Source of the DNA: Fimbriosthenelais zetlandica
Taxonomy: Eukaryota
DNA length: 64,000 nucleotides
Assembly: GCA_977030845.1 (NCBI GenBank)
Contig: OZ365113.1
Coordinates: forward strand, 26,660,001-26,724,000
Direction: 5' to 3'
Below, in pieces: positions 37,761-51,860 of this stretch. The first letter of the stretch is position 1. The number at the start of each line of letters is the position of its first letter. Made by a program: the position numbers and the translations under genes. Below the pieces are notes generated by a model. It did not search any database. It was given only the letters and a program-made list of their open reading frames with translations, and had not been told where the DNA came from.

Positions 37761-40700
37761 ATTAAAGGTTGGTCCTTTAGAGTCAACCTATAGTTGGCGG
37801 ATGTAAAAATTGACTTTTTTGACCCGAGTTTTGGGATGGGTCAACTGTACATAGCTGATAGCTCATATATCTTAACATTAGGGCATGGTACACTTCCCGA
37901 AATTCAGGAAGCAAGTCGTCTATGTAGAGGTCAATTGCTCTCTAGTTCATATATTGATCGGAACATCACGTGACTTTAGGAGTAGCTATTGAGGGAAGTT
38001 CCCTCTCATGTCATACATTACTAGAGTGATGATTTCATATACATTAAAAACAATACTCTTCAAAGGAGAGTAGCATTTCTTGTTTTTCATCTCTTCCAGT
38101 CAATTTTTCAATTGAGAAATTGTCTTGTAGCCTTCTCCAACACAGAAAGGCTTTTGAATAGTTTTTAATCAATGGTGTAGAAACAGGTTTAATATCTTAC
38201 ATGTGGGTAAAGTGCTTTTCTACATCGTTGTTGCAAAAATATACCTCCACGTCTAATTCACCAGAAATTTCAAAGGAGATTAAGAACTCTGAAGTAGAAG
38301 CCCATGGACCAACATTCACTCAACGCCTCTGGAATTCAATAGACCTTTACCAACCCGAGACTTGACTAATCGGCTAGCTAGTGATGACTTTTTATCATAC
38401 AAAGGGGAGCAAGGATGTAATAAATGATGATTGAGACTTGACCTTCTGCTTTCAACATATATAAGAGAGGTTGATGAATCTGATCCTGAGTGAGGTAAAT
38501 GGGAGACAGACATACACTCTGACGTTGATCAGGTTACAAGCATGGCCATACATAACGCTGGAGAGATGCTCATTGGCGTATACTGATTCTAATGGTGGAC
38601 TAGGAACATTTACCTCAGATGTGAGGAATGCTGTATTATCAACATGGTTCATAGATCAGACCACACGTCATTTCCATCAGGTGTCATCTCTTTTGTCTCA
38701 CGGTGACAGGTAGAGTAATGAGGAAGCTTCAGGAACTCCATCATGTATAATACACAGAGTATGAGGAAGGCCTATACTTTATTATCGATATTGACATAAT
38801 ATGTGTGAGGCATCAAGCATATCAAGGGTCAATCTGAAGGTTGTGGAGGCTTTAGTGACAAACAAGCCATGGCTCAGGGTTGCACCGACCGAATGGTACT
38901 GCCTTTGCATAAAAAGGCTGATCATTTTAGCCCATTATATCGTACTTTCATCCATGGATTAAAAAGTTGTATTTAATTGATTCCTTTGAAACATGCAAAG
39001 GCAATGACAGTTCATGAACTGCTTCGCAAAGATGCATCTCGCAATGTTTTCTATTCTCGTCCCACAACATAGAAAAAAGAACAGTTCTGTGAGCTTTTAA
39101 AAGACATCTGTAAAGGTATCTTCCAGACTGGAAGCTGTGTATTTACCATAGCCGTATTGAGCATGACATTTATCTAATGTAGCGGTATTGTGGTTTTCCT
39201 GCAGCTACCGGCATGACATTTACCTTAATCCGTCTGGGCACAGACTATGAGGTCAACGAGGCAATTGCTAAGAGACTTTGGCAGAATGTAGGCTCTGGCT
39301 AAGCCTAACACTTGAGGCAATAGTTATCCCAGTGGCTTTCTTAATCATAGACCTAGAAGAGCCAATTACAAACACTCCGCCTCCGTCCACTTCAGCCTTT
39401 CTACCAACTGGTTCTTGTGGTGTAAAGTATCCCACTTTAATTGAACGAGCGTGAGCTCAAGATTTACAAATGATCTCCTCTTGATTCGTTGCTGCATTTT
39501 TGCTGCCACGAAGCACCAACATTTGGACACTGGTTTTAAGTCCTTAAAACACTCAACTGAGAAACAAGTGAATCCAGATTGGCACACTGTAAAGGAGGCA
39601 TTGCGTGACAGGATCAAGCCTTGATACGTTTAAGCATTTATTTGAGCATAAACATGCTCTTGCTTTTGCTGGCAGGCCGTTTCTTGGAGTGACACTATCT
39701 TGTCGCTAACAGTTTATCAGAGGCGACATTCATTCCAAGCTTAAAGGAAAATTGGATACAAATTTAATGAGAATGAACTGAATCGAAACATACCTTTTTC
39801 TAAGTCAACTGCATGCATGTTTAATCCAGTTATTCGAGGTATGTGAAAATGAAGCAAAGGTTAAGTTTATACCTTGCCATATTCTATTATATTTATTCTA
39901 TTATATTTTTTCTATTACATCAATACCGTTTTCTAGACCTTTTGTGTCCTATATGTCCACACCTTGAGAGGTTTTGTTGTGTGATCTGGCATGTACCCTA
40001 AGGAATGTGTCACATAAATCCATGTTGATAGGAGCAGGGAACGATGGCAAATTTGATTCAGCTGCACTTACATTACACGGGCCATCTCTCCGGCCATTTT
40101 CGAGAATGACAGAAGCAAATTAAATAGACGATGGCCTATCGCATCGAATCCTCTACAGCCATCCTGCTCGTGGAATTTAGGGCTGGGCGAATAATTGCTG
40201 CCAGCTGGTAATCCAAACACTTAGAGAGACAAGGGGAGGACCATGGGGAGGGTTGCCCTTTTAGATCATGACTTGCCCCAAGGTCATTGATTGATGATGA
40301 TCAATTTGAAGCTGTTGATTCCCCCACTCCTAAACCTTGACTCAAACCCGCACTGCACTACTATTACATGTACTACTGCCTCCAGATAAAATTAAATTTG
40401 AAGACAATAAATGATTCATAGAAATACTGGCAGATATGATGTTTTAAAAATATTCATTCCGGGACTGCACCTTAATGAAAGTGAAGAACAAATGGCTCGT
40501 TTTAATGTCTTTTGTATTCTTATACAGCAAACTTGGGACATCTCCAGTTTCATTCTCTAAAGCTTAAATTTGACATTTGATATCACTTGTCATGTTGGAA
40601 ATGCATGATTAAAAATTGAGAGCAACCCCCGAGGGTGTTGACCTTAAAAATGCCATTACTAACTTTATTCCAACAAAAGGAATTTATGAATGCCTTAAAG

Positions 40701-43329
40701 ATGCATCTCTTTAACAGTAATGGCCTTCAATTTCCCTTATATATACAAGGGCGATTTTCTCTAGTATACATGCGGAAGACATTGAAAGAGGGTGAATGCT
40801 TGATAAGAGTTCAATTTCCCTTTTGTATAGACATATGTGTAGCAACCCACAGGGGTTAAGCAGATAACTTGGTGAGTAATATGCCATCAGCGTCTTCGGG
40901 AATTGGGTCCAATATGAGAGAATCTGCCGTGGGATTTTATTATAGGTTATGTGCATCCAGCCCAAAACAGGGACATCCATCTTCCATGGCAGGTGACACT
41001 TCCACTTCCCCTTCAAGCCCTTCCTTCTCATGAACATATATATCAAAAAGAGTCGGGGGCAAATGGGCAAATACCCAAACCGTTCCTTTAATGAGTTGGC
41101 TTGTTTTTCTCCTCTGATCACCCATTTGTTTGTTCGCGTTATATCAATATAGCAATAAACTACATGGACGACCGATCAAGAATGCTCAAAACAGGCGTGT
41201 CCTGATCATGCCTTTGCCACAGGCCTCATAGCCCACCAATCAATAAAAAATCAATTACGATGGGCTACCTGTCAACCCACCGCCTTTAACACCCCCTTCT
41301 AACGCCTGCCTGCAAATGATCATATTTGGCTTCTTCGAGTGCAGTTTCTCTGCAAGTCATTCCTCTCCCTCACTTCCAAGTGCACTGGTGCTCCATAAGT
41401 GAAGAAACTAAGCTAGTTATTATGTAAGCAATTGCCACTTCACCTTGAAAATTCCATTTTCTTTCAGAGAAGCTTAGAAAGGCTAAACTCTTAAAAGATG
41501 TGAGTGATGTTGCCATGGGGATCTATCACTTAGACCTAATTACATTACGTCGCGGGGAAGTTCCCAAAATCAATAGAGCAACGGAAGATTTACACCAAAA
41601 AAATCACTGGGATACTCTCTCTGTGTTAAAACTCAAAATTGACTTAAAATAAGCCACGCCAATCAGTCTTATGTTCCCAATCTCAACTGTAAGTGGCAAA
41701 CATTGAGAGATGCCCGCGAGAAAGAGAACTCGGGAAGCAGAAGCAGGCTCAAGGTAACATTTGGGAAGAAGTTGGGATAGAATAAACCTGGAAACATTAA
41801 AGTGCAGCGACCTCGTAACCTTGTGATCTACAATAGTAATGAAACAGCCTGGATGAAAGAAGCATCCATTGATCAAGAGGTTTAAGCATGAGACGTTCAA
41901 CATGACACAACTAGGCCCTGTCTTTAATCAATGCTTAAGAGCAGAGCCCACTCCGGTCTTCTAAGCTACAAGAGCCGGTAATGCACCACAGTACCTCGTG
42001 GATCTGGATACAAACCCTGTCAGGCTTTTTATGATATGTGTATCACGCAGCCGACTGGAGGGCATAATTCGAGGTTTCCTGCAAGAAATTCTTGGCTTTC
42101 ATGATTTTGAATTCTTAGATGTCTTGCGTCGATTTTTTTTCCTTCACAAGAAACAAAATGAGGGGGTCCAATTTTCTTGAAAGGTGGACATGGGAGAAGT
42201 GAGCCAAGGCGATGTGACTCTTTGATTCAAGGGGGTATCTTGTTTCGGTGAAACATCCTCAATGATTTCATTGTTGACCTGACCTACAAATTTGCACTTT
42301 AGTTTAAAAACAATAAGTTGAGTGTGAATGGTGTCATTTGAGTCGACTGAGAAGTTAGTTTTGAAAGTCAAATAAAGAAAAAAAAAACAGAAAAAGTCCT
42401 CACACTTCTGAAGAGGAGTCATGACGTAGAAGTACAAGACAACTTTGAATCCCCCGTTTCCTAATTTGCTTTATCGTAATACTCGTTGGGAGATGAGGCT
42501 GCACATCGCTACCATCCTTTGAGAAAATAAAAGTGCTGACAAACGTCTAGAGAAAGAGAAAGCAGTTTGGTGTCACCCTTCTGAAGTATCCCTCATTACC
42601 TCATAATATTTGTACTCTGACCAATTCTATGTGCCTTCCTCCCTGGTGATAGATGAAATAGCTTCCCCCTCTCATCTCCTCCCATTTCCAAAGTATCCCA
42701 CAGGGTGTCATTTTGCTGCAAAAGGGCAGAGCATCTTCACTATATGTCGTTACTCCAATTCGAAGCTTTGACGAAAACGTGATCCTCAGTTTCTGACCCA
42801 TAATGTGATCTGGTGAGCCTCTCGACATGCCTTCCTCCACATTGTAACTTCTATTATGTCTATTTTATTTCCTTGAGGGGATCACCCTACACAGTACAAT
42901 GGTTGAGTCTTCTCAGAAACCTCGAGGTAATGAGGAATAATGTATATGTATATATAACACTAATCACATCAATAGGACAGCATTGAACATTCCTTCATCT
43001 AATAAAGCTTTTTAAAACACAATGGCTTCTCAGTAAATGCGCCTTTGTTATCTGCTGGAGTTACAGCCTCAGGCAGTGTACATGGCCCTGTACGCTACCC
43101 ATCTCGCTATTGTACCGAGTCTAGGGATATTGAAGACCCAGGGCAGCCTTTCAGTCAAAAGCCAAAGGCATGCAGTTGAGACTTGGGAGAATAGCGGATA
43201 ATGTGATGGCCGGGGTAGACAACCCCTGTCAAATTAAGGGATATTTCTTTATCCCCCTGGGGACAAAACATTGCCAGCTTCTCAAGGTCTCAAAATGGAG
43301 ACTGCTTTTCCAAGACACCACCTAATCAT

Positions 43330-43540
43330 TTCTCATGAAACTAATGAGCTTGGAGCATAAGCCTTAAGCATCCAATCACAGCCGAGGAGGCATCGATCGT
43401 CGGGACCATGTTACACGCTAGTTGACCAATCCATGGCGACATTCGATGACCCTCACGAGCCAATCCCTCGCCTCGGAGGAGGCACAGCCGCCTCCATGTG
43501 GCTGAGAAAGGGTCGATGCCGTCTAAATTCATTTAACCTG
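43330..43540 (-). mobile_element. Possible Ty3/gypsy aspartic protease remnant
   Basis: DRCLLGCDWML matches the protease C-terminal ILGxDWL motif, preceded by a Gly-rich flap-like segment in another frame. The catalytic DTG/DSG was not seen. Confidence 0.3.
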
Positions 43541-45888
43541 AATTATTTGTTTATCATTGGAGTTATTGGTTCGACCTCTGGGCCCTATACACTGACCCCC
43601 TTGAGGGATGTATTGGCCAAATTAAGTTGTCGAATTCTGGAACAGGAAAACGCCTATCGGGGTGGTGAGTTGTTAAAGTCAGTTTGCCGCGAGATAAGCA
43701 AGAAGAAAGGTGGTTTAGATTTGGCTCTGGATTTCAATGTGAATGGCGAAAACAGCAATTCTGGTCCTGGAAGGGAGGAGGGAGCTTGGGTTGGGTATCG
43801 GTATTGACTACAGAAGCTTCTGATTTGGCTCCCTCTCTCTGACCAGAATTGAATATCTGCCGAGACAGGCAAAAGTTAACCGAGGCTATAGGGTTAAAGC
43901 CTTTTTCCTGTATTCCCACTTGTGGCCACTGAGGGTAAAATTGTTGTTGATACTTGAGTGAAGCTTTCATCAGAAAATCCTACTCAATTTGTCAGTACCA
44001 TAGTTCTTGGCTCAGGGCAAATGTTCTGGGGACAAACACAGATGTGGAATCAATTTCCGAGTGATAGGGGATTCCAAGACAAAGGTAGAAAATGAAGTTG
44101 CCGTTTTACATTTATCAACTTTGGAAGATTTCCCACTAGAAAATGCTCTGAATCACTTCACGAGAAAAATACATGTTTCAATCGTGAATTGAAAGAGCAC
44201 TCTTCTGGAAACCTGCACAAATCCTTTATTGGAAGCACAGGCCTATGTGAACATGCGATTCACAGCCCTGAAACATAATCAATCATCCAGCTTTCGTTAT
44301 TTCAAAGCTTTCAGCCGCAGTCTACGTCTTTAATGCATGGATTTTATATTAGGAAATATTCTCATTTTTGTCATTGGATTAATATCAGTGAACATGATTG
44401 GTGTGCTTTCATAAGTGCCTCGAACAGAAATTTGTCAATAAGGGAGTGATATAATCAATAAGATGCATTGACACCCCCTGAATTACTCTGACTCAATCCA
44501 TGGTAGGAGATTAGGTTCCACTACTCGACTGCACAGGCCCTGATATACAATGAATATTATAGCAACAGGCAAATGAAGTTCACCCTAAAGTCAATTTTCT
44601 CAGAGAGGAAGTTTGCAACTTTTAAAACAATGTAAGTCCCCTCGATATAGTCTACACACAGAGTGATATCCACCGGGTCATAAAAGATAATCAATTGTAT
44701 ATATTCTTTATATGACACATGAGAAATGCCCTAGAATCTAATCACATAATTTCTCATAATCTCCTATGGGAAAAGCAGCTTTCCAATCAAAAAGTGTCAC
44801 TAAAAGCCAAGTCACTCGGGACATTCATCTCTGGATGGGGGAAGTGTATCAGAATTTCCTGGAGACAAGCTCTACATTTTTCTTCAATCTGAGACCCGAC
44901 CAAAAGAGAGCAGCTCAGTTGAGAGTGTGTGGGGATAGATCCATTTACGCTGATTTACAAACGAGCTTAGCTTCAGAAATATCTGTTGACTTACGAGGGA
45001 TGGCCATTGGGACTCTTGGTGTGTTTTATTTCCTGGATTTTTCCCATGCTGCAGCAAAAGCAGGGGTCTGTTTCACAATAAGATACTTCATACAACACAG
45101 GGGACGCGTCTCTTGGAGCAAATCTAGCAAACCCTTTTTTGTAGGTTTAACCAGGGTGGAAATATGCCAATGACATCCAGAGCCACTTTCGAGTAATTGT
45201 AAATATATATTCAATAAAAAAACACCAAGGCAAAATATCACATCCCTAGTAATTGAATACCTAGCACCATCTCAAGGGCCAACCAAAGTCAATGGGGAGT
45301 TTCAATCTTTCACTGGGCAAATTATGAGCAGTGAATAGGATTGTTGTGAAACGCGCCCTGGACTGTGTAAGTGCATGGATGGTGGATCAAAGCCTGCTTA
45401 TCTTTGGCTCGAGTCAGTGGCAGTGCAGGTTACAAATAACCAGAGGGAGGGCCTTGCCAGCCCCTGCATACCTAAGTCCACCCTTCCAACTCTAGCAAGC
45501 ATATCTGCCACTTCCCTCTAGGGACAGCTGCTTGCAGTACCATGGAATATACCCAGTATATATATTATATAATATAAGTGGGCTCCACTCAACCCTTCCA
45601 TGATAAGCAAGTGCAGAAAATATACTTGAGGGGTACGATGACATTTTCACCGACAACTCGAGTGTGTTAACTTCAACACGCTTGTATTCGTTTACTTGTG
45701 GAATGCCCGGGGTAAATGAAATGAAACTCTAAATCAGTTTGTTGGTTGGAATCGAAAGTATCCATTGCCTCGATTTACATTTTTATGGTGAATTCAGAAT
45801 GGAGTACACTATATGGTTGGTGGTTTGGGGAATGCAAACTTGGCATCACTGGGAAATTAGAGTTGCTGACAAGCATGACATGAAAACA

Positions 45889-46461
45889 TCATCTGCTATC
45901 ACAACTTGCAGAACTGGACAGAACATCTGTCCAGGAAAGGAATGAAGGGATTAAATTTGGCTGAAAATGTGCGAAAATGAGTAAACATCTTGGAACCGCA
46001 ACGCATCTAAGCACCCAATGATGGTGACAAAACGGCGAGGAGAGAATTCTCAAAATCAAAATTCTGTATTGGCAACTAAACATATAAATGAAAACCCAAC
46101 AGAGAACATACACACAAAATAGAGAATCATACACTGCACGTAGTCTAGAGAAGGAATTCTTGACAAGGTATAATAAGGTATCCGTATGAAAACCAGTTAT
46201 CTTAAAAGCAACAGCAGTATTCTTCTCATGCCTGCATTCTGTTTCAATAAATGCGTCATAGCTGAGTATAAGTGTTAGTCGTAGAGCACCACGAATGGGA
46301 GGGCCTAACATAAAACCATCTACAAAAACCCATAGTAGTTGGTGGAAAAAATCACCAAGCCAAAGAAAGAATGGATGGATAGATGGATGGAATTGCTTCT
46401 GGAATGACAAAAATTCAGCTTCGATACAGGACTCCGGGTCATAAAAAAGACACTTATCCAT
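45889..46461 (-). other. Longest ORF in the window (190 aa from ATG), unassigned and possibly TE/viral-derived
   Basis: Stop-free from 46476 to 45889, first ATG at 46461. No convincing splice signals. The second half is low-complexity hydrophobic. Confidence 0.3.
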
Positions 46462-46551
46462 AAAATATGCCAATCTTCAAAGATCGATAGTAGTTAGGGG
46501 AGTGTTACGAATTGTAAGAAGGATGAGAAAAATGAATGATGAATGAATTAT

Positions 46552-46755
46552 GAAGGTAATCAATAAATATGAAAATCTCAAGAAGAGGGAAACTTAAATC
46601 ATGAATAAATTAAGAAGGTAATCAATAAATATAAAAATCTTAAGAAGAGGGATACTTAAATCATGAATAAATTAAGAAGGTAATCAATAAAATTTAATAT
46701 GAAAATCTAAGAAGAGAAAAATAAATCTTGAATAAATTATGAACATAATCAATAG
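46552..46755. repeat. 62-bp AT-rich tandem repeat, about 3.2 copies
   Basis: Unit gaaggtaatcaataaatatgaaaatctcaagaagagggaaacttaaatcatgaataaattaa starts at 46552, 46614 and 46676. The third copy has a short insertion. Confidence 0.93.
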
Positions 46756-49700
46756 ATATGATATCACACATTTTTGACATATATCCTCCATGAATAATCA
46801 TATCCTTCCACGACCAAAGTGTAAGATTAAAAAAGAGGTTGTCTATCAAATGGATTATCAGATGCGGTAGAAGGTGTTAAGTTTTCCTGTCTTGAAGACT
46901 TAGTTAGTTATTTTCCTCTACTCTAAATAATTGACATGATGGACAAGGATCGATCGATGGACAATGAGCTAGTTGATATTAGTTTTGCAGCAGAAAAATC
47001 AAGACGCATCACACAATGGTTTCAAAAATAGTTTACAACTGTCTAATACGGTATTCAAACTTGTGAGCTAGGGAATGAGAGGGAGAGTTTTTGCCATAAA
47101 AGCGATTCTGAACTGTATCTATATAACAGGTATATCACAAGGATGACTAGAGCGGGATGATAATGACAGATACATCGCTTGATTTGCATGCTTCCGTGGT
47201 TCTATTGTGCATTAAAAAGCCAGCAATGGGACAGACAAGCAATGGTGGAAGGGGAGGAACAATTGGTGGGTGTGGGGGAGCGACTGAGTGATAAGCAGTG
47301 GGAATGGGCTTGTGACAGAGATAATCACTGGTGTCCGTAATGAGTGCATATTGCTCCATGAGAGTGATCTAAATCTCCGAGGTGCTCCTCCAGCTCTGTG
47401 ATTGGCAATTCCGAATGAAATGAACAGAGGTGTTTGGTCATTGATTTGGGCGCTAACCCTTCCCTGCAAGTAAAGATGATGCTTTATATGTCGCGACGTT
47501 TGTTTTGTGATATTGATGTTCACATTTAAGCCTATGTTAAGCTAAAATGGTAAAATCGCATGAAGCTTAATGCAATAAAACATGTTTATAATAAGGTGGG
47601 GATATTGTGGTTTCTTTTCCGAATCACTTTCTGTGTGCCATGAATCTATGCCAAGCAAACTAACAACGTCTGGACAGGGAAGCCTCGAAACCACTGAGAA
47701 TGGATTTCAATAGTAAAGAGCAATGTCTTCCAAATTCACACAATTACATGGTAATGGGGGGAATCACACAAAGAGAGCACCAATTATTCTGTAGCAATGA
47801 CTCGCTAGAGAAACAGAATGGAGAGTCATAATGAATCATGAGATCAATGTACGCTCATGACTAAAATTTTTTGATGACTCTGATGAAGTCACCAAAGTAT
47901 CATATGGGATATTATCACAGGAAGTTATCAGGACGTCTGACTTTTCCACCGTTGTCTGATTTTCATCTGATGCTTTGACATCTTGCAGGAAAGGCAACCG
48001 GTATTCCTACCAATGCCTATAGTGGGCCCTGCTTCACTACTTCCAAATCCCAAGCGAAGAGGAAGAGGGTATAAATTTTTGAGATGTGGAATTACGACTG
48101 GTCCAGACACGGATAAGAGTTGTATTAGTTTCCTGATGGTGATTAGAACACATGGATCCATTGGAAAGCAGTGGGAAGGGAACTACTGAAAAATGTAAGA
48201 CGGAACAAGCCAAGCAGCTTTTTTTCAACACAACGACAGGTAAATTAGAGGCAGATGCAGGACAAAGTAATGAAATTGTAAGAATCGCGAAGGACGAAAA
48301 GTAACCTTATATATGCCAACGGCATCAACAAATGAATTCACAGCAAATGATACTTGATATGGTGAATAAGACCTAAAACAGTGTTGAAGCTATGTATATC
48401 AGGTCCGCTCTGCCAATTCCTTTTCAAATTGGGTAAAAAAAAAATTACGAGTAGAATACGTAGAGTATGAGTTGATACATTGACATGTTAGACAGGCAAG
48501 ACAATATCCTCTCCCCAGTCCAGACTCCCCAGCCAGACAATATGGGCAGGGCTCGTGTTATCAGCCGTATTGGGTATCAGAGACTGAAATATGAAGATGG
48601 AGTAGGTTCTTGCTCGTGGGAAAAAGAGGATTAATAAAAGATGTCGACTTTCTTCACAGCACTTATTGACCTAGCAGACCACTTACACATGCAATTTTTT
48701 TCCTTACAAGTTTTCAGTTTTCTTCAATAACTTCATCAAGATGGCTGACTTTTGACCTGGTTTGCGAATCGTGCACTGATCAATTCACAGCCGTTTTATT
48801 TGCTGCAGCTTTGACCTCATCCTAGGGCGCTTTTCACGCTGGTGAGTGATCGAAGACAACATCTGTGACCCACAGCCTTGGACGCCTCACTACAGTAGTG
48901 CTTGACCAGGGCTGGACATTGCATGATGGTCAAGAGGTCTACTGGGTGGCCGTGTGAGGAGACACTGCCTGGTACACTCCTGGTCTCCACCAGGAACAGC
49001 TGATTTACAGATTACGAGATTGATTAGAAGTTTTAGGTTTCATCACCCGGATGGCCGACATTCCAGTGCAGTTAACTCATGACATTGCATTCCTGGAAAG
49101 CAAGTAAGCCAGGGGCAGGTTATGAGGAGAGGAGGCAAAGGGCTGGAGCAAAAGGACACTGGACTAAATGGTTCTAAATATTGATAGCAATGGAATGCTC
49201 TTAGTTGGTGGTCAACGAATTATTGGTTTTACCAAGTCACGCAAAACAGTTGTCTACCATGCAACTAAAGGCCATTCAAGTATACAGGGAAAGGAAAATG
49301 TCCATCTTGTGGTAGCCATATATCAGAGAGGCCCGACAAAAATAGACTGCCAACCATAAAGGTAAAGATAGCTCCCCAGAGCCTGTTTTCCCACTAATGG
49401 CCAGCAACATTGCTTTGGAAATAACAATACTCTTGACTTCATGAGGCCTCTGACACCAAATATCCCATCCTCCGTGTGCTGTCCATCTTGGTAGTGGAGG
49501 TCATATCAGCGAGGTGGCCTTCTTTCCTCTTTCCCCATATTCTGGGGGAAAATGAGACGATCATCGATCAGCTAATACAAAAGAAAGGCGGCTTTCCCGG
49601 CTCCTCGCTATGATACAAAGGCCGATGGATCTAGCCATGCCTGTGGAATGTTTCATAAGAAATTTTCAATGAATCAAAGGCAAAGTCCTTATAGATGTTC

Positions 49701-51619
49701 TAACCTTCATGAGATCGGAAACTACGATGTTATACAGAATCGATTTGTTCCAAGAACGATCCAAATGAAATTAGAAGACATATATCACTTGGCCTTTTTT
49801 CAAATTGGGAGAAAACATCCATAAGGTCTTATAATATCTAGAAGTCCCGTACAGAGCAAATTATATGCAGACAGCGTACCAAAACCATATTTTACAAGAT
49901 AGTCCCCTGGTCCATGGTGAATCAAACTAGATCCGATTGATGCGTATCACCTGCATGACCTTCGTAAATAAGATGCATGAGATGGTGAAGCTAGTCGTAA
50001 AATGGAGATATGATCCCAGAAGGTAGAAGCCTGCATATTGGTCGATACAGTCTGGTTTTGTTATAGCTATGATGCAAGAAATTGCCATGGAAATTTACAT
50101 TGTGGAGCAGACAAGAGACAACGGGTGAAAACTTCGAGAGGGGCTTTGGGCTCGAGAAGCAGTGGGTAATCCCTGGTGATAACAGGATCCTGTGGTGATA
50201 ATTAAAGTTGCTGCATTTCTATGGGAAGTGAATTAATCATGCACATAGGAAAGAGGAGGTTTTTTTCATAATTAGCTCATTCAGGCCTATAAAGTATGGA
50301 TTGTGCAGCTGTTCACTGGCTGCGCATTGATAATCATCCCGATACTGGACTGGCCCGGCACACAAGTTGCTCATAAACATCCTCTTGGTTCCGGCTGTTA
50401 TATATCTGGTAATTTACAGGGTGTAAAATCTTACTATAGATATCAGGGTGTGTAACAGAGGAGCTCTCTACTAATACAGTTTTGTGGTCATCCCTGCTCC
50501 TGTTTTAAGGATGGCAATCGGGAAAGGAGGATGGGGGTTTCCATGTATAAGACAATGGTGAGAAAAAGACATGAAATATTCATGACAGCACATCTGGAGA
50601 GGTAGAGAGACACTGTCACGATATGATGAATGGGTATTGAGAGGCATTGAGGGGTATTTCCCATTTGGGCAAGGAAGCTCCGATGCAACGAGATAGGAAT
50701 CTGCTTGCAGGCCTTATAGACCTTTTGGCCATACATAGAAGGAATGCTAATGAAATATTCCAGATTACCATTCTGGAATCAGCAGATTGCAGAGATAATA
50801 ATAATGCAACCTCTGTAAACAACACACATTGCCCATAATCTAACGGAAACAAAACTAGTTCACAGCCAGCCTCGGGCCCGGTGGGATGATGCAAATTTAA
50901 TGTTCATTTAACCAATCTTGACACTCTTTCAGGAAGGGAAAATTGCTTAAAGATTAACTGCAATTCAACACAGTCCAAGGGGAGGACTTCCTAGACACAA
51001 CAAGAGTTTCTACATTATGTTCTCATCGGTATTCACAATTAAGTACGAGAGAGATTCAACTTTTTTCTGTAATCTCCCAGAGGCATCATTCCCTATGAAG
51101 ATCTGCACTGATACTGTCAGGATAGCAAATGAGGGATAGCTCTTTAAGAATTGCTTCATAGATTGCTATACCTAATCGCCTTATGATTATCTGTATACAA
51201 GCAGCTAAGGGGAAAAAATTACATGCAGCAAAGAAGGAATAACTCTGGGCTCGGGAACGGCAATTGCCATTTGGGGAATAAGCTCCAAACTTGTGGCTTG
51301 ATAAGCAAAACAAAGTCGAGCAAGAGACAAACAAAAATGAACCCTCTCCCTCTAACTTATCTCAGAAGTATACTTAGAGACCATTCCTCATCCCATCCCT
51401 TTTACTGCCAAAAATTTTTACCGGCTTCGACCAGGGATTGTCCTATACAAGTTACAATACAATGAATAATAACTGCTTTTCCCACATTGAATATAGTTAA
51501 ATATATGCATGCCATGCACTGTAAATGCAACAAACAATCTGCAAGAATAAAAACTATTCAAGAGCTCAGAGTGAAATCTTTCTATGACATTTCTTTGTCC
51601 AAAAGCCATAATAAGAGCT

Positions 51620-51860
51620 TTTTAGTTCTCAGTCAATAGGTCTGTATCCCGGCAGTTGTAAGGCAAGGTCCTGCCCATCTCCCAGTTCCCAATGTTAGAT
51701 TGCCTGGGTCTGGGGGGCGGGTCAGTTGAGCTAACAAGATGTGGCAAGCAGTGGAAAGGGTCACTCTGCTTCTGAAGCCAGAGCCAGCCGCCCACTTGGC
51801 GTGTCTGACATGTGCCATAACAGCACAACGCCTAACACCTTTTACATGTAAGAAAAGAGA
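51620..51860 (-). mobile_element. Decayed Ty3/gypsy integrase fragment
   Basis: CYGTCQTRQ (CxxCQ of the HHCC finger), PPRPRQSNI (PxxPWQxI-like), then in the adjacent frame AGPCLTTAGIQTY (DxAGPxPxTxxGxxY), in canonical order. Confidence 0.5.

Noticed and set aside
39000-39260. NTAMVN on the minus strand resembling the piggyBac C-terminal DxAxVNA motif
   Set aside because: One short motif. The GGVD motif and TTAA-flanked TIRs were not found.
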